Shown: positions 55,828-64,000 of the stretch, piece by piece
How positions within the stretch are numbered: position 1 is the stretch's first letter
Layout: each line of letters opens with the position of its first letter
Source of the DNA: Eledone cirrhosa
Lineage: Eukaryota
Direction: 5' to 3'
DNA length: 64,000 nt
NCBI GenBank assembly: GCA_964016885.1
Contig: OZ024746.1
Span: 24,676,001 to 24,740,000, forward strand
Program-made: the position numbers and the translations under genes
The notes under the pieces: generated by a model
Told to the model about the DNA's origin: nothing
Databases searched by the model: none
What the model saw: only the letters and a program-made list of their open reading frames with translations

Positions 55828-58800
55828 GATGGCTGCCCCCTCGTTATCGAGTATGGCCATTGCACGAGGAGAAAAAACAAAAATTAGTAAATAAATAAAA
55901 ATAAAATTAAAATAAAATATAAAAAATATATATATATATATATATACATATACACATACACACACACACACACATACATTAATAATAATAATAATAATAT
56001 AATAATAATAATAATAACACCCGATTGTCATAGGCGCACTGGGGACTATCTCCAAAGGTTTCCAGGGATGGTTAAAGAAAATCGGCCCCTTCACGCTTTT
56101 TGGAACGCTTCAAAAGGCATGCTTGCTTGGAACGGCAAGAACCCTCCGATACGTCCTGAATATCTGAGGCTGCAGGTAGTGGCTTGATATTCAATCCAAC
56201 GGACTTTCCAGTTAACCAACATCAATGACTGAGATTCAAGGAATAACAATAACAAAACAATAATAATAATAACGACAACAACAATGATAATATACATATA
56301 TATATATATACACATACACACATAAGCATATCTATACACACACACAAACGATAGCAACTAACAGCGTTGCGATCGAATGTGGCTTTTTAGCCCAGCCAAT
56401 GATCTAAAATGTCTTGAACAGAGTCGGCAACCAAAACATTCACTGGGAATAGTCGGCTGTGGTTGGAGTTCGTGTACTTTTGCATGTCGCTGAGCCCTCC
56501 TGCTGATTTACATTCTCTACCACATGTTTGGCAAGCATGATGAGTAGCATCTCCAACAGCAGCCTGGTAGTCAACCACTGGTCTTACTTATGACTGCGAA
56601 GATGACTTTCGAGTCCAGCTTTGCTTAGGCAGTCTCGCACACGTAACATGTCAGCACCATAGGGAGACCCTCGCCGTCTGGAAGTGCAACAGCAATGCCC
56701 TTCCTCACATCCCGCTTTACTTTCTCGTATGCGATTCGAGATGCCTCAATGGCAACTTTTCCCTCATATACAGTCTTTCTCCATTTATTACGATCAGCAG
56801 CAACATTTTCCCATGTATCAGCAGAGATGTTAGCGTCTTTCAGAGAGGCTTTCAAGGAATCCTTATACCTCTTTTTTGGTTTATGTGGCGGTCGTTTTCC
56901 TTTAACCAACTCTCCATAAAAGAGTTGTTTTGGTATTCTAGAATCCTTCATCCTGGCAAGGTGACCACTCCAACGGAGTCGTTGCTTAAGCACAAGAGCT
57001 TCTATACTGTCACACATAGAGCTTTCCAGAATCTCGACATCACTGATATGGTCCCTCCAGTGAACGCCATGGATCCGTCTGAGATACATCTGATGGAAAC
57101 GCTCCAATTGCTTAAGGTGGTGTCGATATGTGACCCAGGTCTCGCAGGCATAAAGAAGACAAGAGAGCACACATGCCCTGTACACCTTTACCTTTGTCCT
57201 CCTGCATATGTTTTGTCGACCCCCAGAGTCGCCTTTCTAGCTTTCCGAAAGCATCACTTGCTTTCCTAATCCTAAGTGAGATTTCACTGTCAAGGTTGCT
57301 GTATCGATTGACAGTGCTTCCCAGGTAGACAAACTGATCAGCCACTCCAAGTCGTTTGCCATACACATAGATGTTTGGTTCAGTGTACTGCTTACCAGGG
57401 GCAGGTTGGTACATGACGACGGTTTTCTTGAGACTGACAGTCAATCCTAGGCAGTGCAAGCGTCAAAAAATGCATTCAAAATGTGCTGCATATCACTCTC
57501 TGTGTGCGCTACAGATCGCAATCATCTGCATACAAGAGGTCTCTTATGATTGATGTAAATACTTTTGTCTTCGCAGCAAAGCGCCTGATGTTAAATATGC
57601 TGGGCCTGAGGTTCGATATCGGATGTAAACACCATGCTCGCAATTCCTGAATGCAATACAGAAAACCATTGCAAAGTATATGGCAAACAGGGTCGGTGCT
57701 GGAATATCCCCTGTTTCACTCCATTTTTTACTGAAATAGGCTCCGACATGTTACCGCCGACATTAACCCAAGCCTTCATGTCGTCATGGAAAGACCTAAC
57801 CAAAGCAAGGAACTTATCAGGGCAACCAAGTTTCTGGAGAACCTTCCATAATGCATCTCTGTTAACAGTATCGAAAGCTTTTGTCAGATCGACAAAAACC
57901 TGATACAGATCCAAGCCTTGTTCCATGCACTTCTCCTGGAGCTGTCTAGCTGAGAAGATCATATCAGTAGTGCCGCGTCCCAGTACGAAAACCAGATTGA
58001 CTTTCAGGAAGAACACAATCTGCAATGTGTGTCAGCAGACGGTCCAGAATCACCCTACATAAAACTTTCCCTACGACAGAAAGCAATGATTATACCTCTG
58101 TAGTTCCCACAATCATTCCTGTTACCCTTTCCCTTGTACAAAACCACCATTACTGCATCTCTCCAGTCCTCAGGTACGGATTCATTAGCCCATATCCTGC
58201 CAAACAAAGAGTGAAGATGTTGCAGGAAGTCTCTCACCACCATATTGTAGGAGCTCAGCATGTATACCTGGAGATCTTCCACTGTTCAGCTTCGAATAGC
58301 CACTGCAACCTCCACAAGCGAGAACTACTTTCACAGGACTTTCTGGAATGAGATTGAGGAAATCTTCACTGACGACAGACGGCTGATTCAAAAGATCATC
58401 AAAGTGCTCTCGCCACCTTCGTAGAATTCCTTGTGAGTCACGAAGAAGTTCTGTGCCATCCTTGCTGCGAAGCGGTGTCACCAAAGAAGAAGACGGTCCA
58501 TAAACCTCACGCAAGAGACTGTACAACAGCTTTGTGTTATTGGAATCTGACGCAGTTTGTATCTCACCAGCCTTCTCACTCCACCACTGATCCTTCATCT
58601 GAGAAAGACTCCGCCTAACACGTGATTTTACATCCCTGAGCTCCTCATGCAACGTATTCCTCTCCTGTGGTTTTGCAGTCAAGTAGCGTGACAGAGCACG
58701 CCTCTTATCAGCCAACAAGTCTTCTATATGTACATCATTCTCATTAAACCAGTCCTGATGTTTTCTCTGCACCAATCCCAGAACACACCTGCCTACATCA

Positions 58801-59829
58801 TAAACCGACTTTTTAAGGGTCGGCCAATCCTCACCAAGATCTGCAGCCTGCATCTCTTCTTCCAATGTCCTCTTCACATTTTTTATCCTTAAGACGAGCA
58901 GCATTCAATCTTTTGGGCAGGGCAACACCAGGAGCCCGGATTTTACGTTTAGTGATTAGTTTCACTTTTGCGCGTACCAGGCGGTGGTCCGTCCAGCACT
59001 CAGCTCCACGAAGAGCACGAAACACACTGCACATCCTGTCTGTCACGCATCCTGTCTAGGATGTAGTCCAAAGATCCCATTCCTTAGATGCAGGATGCAT
59101 CCATGTGGTCTTGAATTTGTTCTTTTGTTGGAACCATGGTGTTGGTACACACAGATCCAGCTCCTCACGCATCTGCAGCAGGAGCATACCATTGTTGTTA
59201 CACTTTCCCACCCCATGCCTTCCGATTACATTCCATGTGTTAAAATCCCTACCCACTCTAGCATTAAAGTCACCAAGCACGATGACTTTGTCTGCCTGAG
59301 GGATATTTCTTAAAACAACTTTCAAGGCATGGTAAAAGGACACTTTTTCTTCATCGACAGAATTCATAGTTGGAGCATACACACTCACCAGGGTAGCATA
59401 TCTTCCCTTGTCCAGCGGAACTCTCATGGACATAAGACGCTCACTAATCCCTACTGGGAATTCTTCTAATTTATTCACAAGTACAGTCTTAATAGCAAAT
59501 CCTACCCCAGCCTCTCTTCTGGTTCCTTCATCTCTTCCTTTCCAGAAGAATGTATATTCTCCACAAAATTCCGTAAGATGACCATCTCCAGCTAACCTCG
59601 TCTCAGATAAAGCCACGATGTCAAGATCGTAACGTCGAAGCTCCTTTGCAACAAGAGCGGTCCTTCGTTCAGGACGCTCCAAGGAATCCCTGTCAAGCAG
59701 CGTCCGTACGTTCCAGCAGCCAAGACTAAATGGCCTTGTTTGGCTCTATTACAATGGCACGATGACGAGCGGGCCTAGGCTGTGATAACCTGGGGCCCCT
59801 ACCCTTATTGCCAATTATCTTTTTTTTTT
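55828..59829 (-). pseudogene. Second RTE copy, multiply frameshifted, lacking the 5' UTR
   Basis: Colinear with 48944-52680; fragmented into ORFs at 59056-59682, 58185-58904, 57591-58025, 57112-57459 and 56625-57185. Confidence 0.92.
56021..56241 (+). mobile_element. 3' end of an R4/Dong-type retrotransposon inserted in (TAA)n
   Basis: PIVIGALGTISKGFQGWLKKIGPFTLFGTLQKACLLGTARTLRYVLNI*, short 3' UTR, (AAT)n flanks. Confidence 0.85.
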
Positions 59830-59911
59830 GTATACATACATATATATATGCATACATACATACATATATACATACACATACATACATACATATATATATA
59901 CACATATATAT

Positions 59912-59970
<59 letters not shown>

Positions 59971-60057
59971 CAGACATATATACATATATACATACATATA
60001 TACATACATACATATGTATACATACATATATATATATATATACATACATATATACAT

Positions 60058-60665
60058 GGTGGCTGCCAACTCGTTTTCGAGTACGGCCACTACTTTATAT
60101 CCATGTAGGAGAACCCCTACTGATGCGCTGAACGAGTGTGACTTTTTAGTCCAGCCAGCGACTTGAAAGCTCTGGTACAAACACTACACTTGTGACAATT
60201 ATTGACACATAGTGCTGGGCCCATGGTACCATGTGACGACAAATGCAGAGAGATCTCCAGATATAAAGCAATGCCTGTGCCGTGAAGCTTTTATAGTGAG
60301 CAAAGGCACTGCACAAAGCCAGTCCCACTCTCTTAACCAAGATGATATTTACCAAAAAGAAGAACAAGTCAACATCATTGGATACCATCAGGGTTGCAGG
60401 TGTTATATCAGAGTTTTCCTTCTCCTAGAATTCTGCCTTGACAAAGGCTAAGGGGTCATCTCTCCCGGTGATTTTGGATGGCCATTGACTCTTAAGAGCT
60501 CCTTTGCCTTTTGACAGGTTTTGTTTTTAGTCCTGCAGGATGTCCAAAGTCACCCTCCTCACCAAGAAACCTTGGTGGGGTTGCCAGTTTAGTCGCCAAC
60601 GACCCGACCATGGGACAGGTTGTACTGGAATACATGTTACCAGTAGCACCAACTGGTGACCTGAC
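60058..60665 (-). mobile_element. Non-autonomous bipartite RTE derivative, family 2 (apparently full length)
   Basis: Head homologous to 14310-14535; zinc-finger remnant [23 protein letters not shown]; tail GGCCGTACTCGAAAACGAGTTGGCAGCCACC. Confidence 0.85.
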
Positions 60666-60713
60666 ATATATACATACATACATATATATATACATATATA
60701 CATACATATATAC

Positions 60714-60777
<64 letters not shown>

Positions 60778-60846
60778 ATATATACATACATACATATATA
60801 TATATATACATACATACATATATATATAATACATACATATATATAC

Positions 60847-60880
<34 letters not shown>

Positions 60881-60999
60881 ATATATACATACATACATAC
60901 ATATACATACATATATATATATACATACATACATATACATACATATATATATATATATACATACATACATACACATACATACATACATACATACATACA

Positions 61000-61031
<32 letters not shown>

Positions 61032-61264
61032 CATACATATATATATATACATACATACATACATATACATACATATATATATATATACATACATACATAC
61101 ATATACATACATATATATATATATACATACATATATACAAACATATATATATACATATACATACATATATATATATATACATACATATATACAAACATAT
61201 ATATATACATATACATACATACATGCATATATACATACATATATATATATACATACATATATAC

Positions 61265-61298
<34 letters not shown>

Positions 61299-61300
61299 AC

Positions 61301-61365
<65 letters not shown>

Positions 61366-61612
61366 CATACATATATATATACATACATACATACACATAT
61401 ATACATATATATACATATATATACACATACATACATACATACATATACATATATACATATATATACATATATATACATATATATACATACATATATATAC
61501 ATATACATATATATACATACATATATATACATATATACATATATATACATATATATACATACATATATACACATATATACATATATATACATATATATAC
61601 ATACATATATAC

Positions 61613-61651
<39 letters not shown>

Positions 61652-61704
61652 CATATATATATACATACATATATATATATATATACATATATACATATAT
61701 ATAC

Positions 61705-61741
<37 letters not shown>

Positions 61742-61815
61742 CATATATATACATACATATATATACATATATATATACATATATATATATACATACATAT
61801 ATATATATACATACA

Positions 61816-61847
<32 letters not shown>

Positions 61848-61971
61848 CATACATATATATATACATACATATATATATATACATATATATACATACATAT
61901 ATATATACATACATATATATATATACATATATATATATACATATATATATATACATATATATATATACATA

Positions 61972-62063
<92 letters not shown>

Positions 62064-62672
62064 CATATATATATATATACATACATACATATATATACAT
62101 ACATCTCCCAAAATTCTTATTTAGATTTACTCATGGTATTCTCATTAAAAACCCATTATATACTTGTTTAGCAGTAAATTATTTTACCATCTGTCATATA
62201 CTATCCCCTCTGTTCCTTCCTCTTTTACTAATATAAATACTTCAATTTTTCTGATTTTATCCAGTTTATCGAAAATCTCTGAAGAAGTGACAACTGATTA
62301 TACATTTGCTATCGAATACTTGCTAACATTATATGATTACGCAAGCAGCGATACATAGGTATTCGGTCTGTTACAGAAACATATGTCAATACCTAATAAA
62401 TTCCTTTTTTAACAAAAGCACTTTCATTTTATGTTTGTCCTTTCTACATTTCTCCGGAATATAATTTATACTCGTTGAGCAAACCTGCACGTACGCTGTT
62501 CATCTCTAACGTAACGATATATTATCACTACGGTATTGATAACCTGAAATTTTACATACATATATATATATATATATACATATATATACATACATACATA
62601 TATATACATACATACATATATATATATACATACATATATATATATACATACATATATATATATACATACATA

Positions 62673-62704
<32 letters not shown>

Positions 62705-62742
62705 CATATATATATACATACATATATATATATACATACATA

Positions 62743-62774
<32 letters not shown>

Positions 62775-62878
62775 CATATATATATATACATACATATATA
62801 TATATACATACATATATATATACATACATACATATATACATACATATACATACATACATACATATATATACATATATA

Positions 62879-62910
<32 letters not shown>

Positions 62911-63097
62911 CATATACATACATACATACACATACATACATACATACATACATACACACACACACATACATACATACATACATATATATACATACATACA
63001 TATATACATACATACATATATACATACATACATATATATACATACATACATACATATATACATACATACATATATACATACATACATACATACATAT

Positions 63098-63128
<31 letters not shown>

Positions 63129-63701
63129 CATACATACATACATACATATATATATACATATACATACATACATATATATATATACATATACATACATACA
63201 TATATATATACATATACATACATACATATATATATATACATATACATACATACATATATATATATACATATACATACATACATATATATATACATATACA
63301 TACATACATATATATATATACATATACATACATACATATATATATATACATACATACATATATATATATATACATACATATATATACATATACATACATA
63401 TATATACATATACATACATACATATATATACATACATACATATATATATACATATATACATATATATACATACATATATATATATATACATACATACATA
63501 TACATGCATACATACATATATATATATATATACATATACATACATATATATACATATGCATACATACATATATATATATATATATACATACATATATATA
63601 TACATATATATATATATATACATACATATATATATACATATATATATATATACATACATATATATATATATATACATACATACATACATATATATACATA
63701 C

Positions 63702-63734
<33 letters not shown>

Positions 63735-64000
63735 CATATATATACATACATATATATATACATATATATACATACATACATATATATATACATACATATA
63801 TATATACATATTTATACATACATACACACATATATATATACATACATACATATATATATACATACATACACACATATATATATACATACATACACATACA
63901 TATATATATACATACACACATATATATATACATACATACATATATATATACATACATACATATATATATACATACATACATACATATATGCATACATACA
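60666..64000. repeat. Long (TA)/(TACA) compound microsatellites with a unique island at 62103-62553
   Basis: Direct inspection. Confidence 0.9.

Overview
AT-rich eukaryotic DNA dominated by (TA)n/(CA)n/(TACA)n microsatellites. The repeat and SINE content suggests a cephalopod, probably Octopus (inference). No host gene is firmly supported. Nearly all six-frame 'ORFs' are microsatellite artefacts. Real content: (1) a nearly intact RTE-clade LINE on the minus strand (APE endonuclease + reverse transcriptase + three C-terminal C2H2 zinc fingers, one homopolymer frameshift), a decayed tandem second copy and an older 3' fragment; (2) two non-autonomous bipartite RTE derivatives sharing a structured 5' head; (3) R4/Dong-type RLE retroelement fragments, a decayed hAT transposase, Helitrons, MITEs, tRNA-derived SINEs and minisatellites. 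The main finding is a dense set of short (TA)n-embedded elements from roughly eight or more unrelated sequence families. They carry complete, variant (U3-A8) or half type-I hammerhead ribozyme folds, are often arranged as foldbacks, and in at least one case are linked to a Penelope-like GIY-YIG endonuclease remnant. All structures were read by eye; no folding or database search was run.
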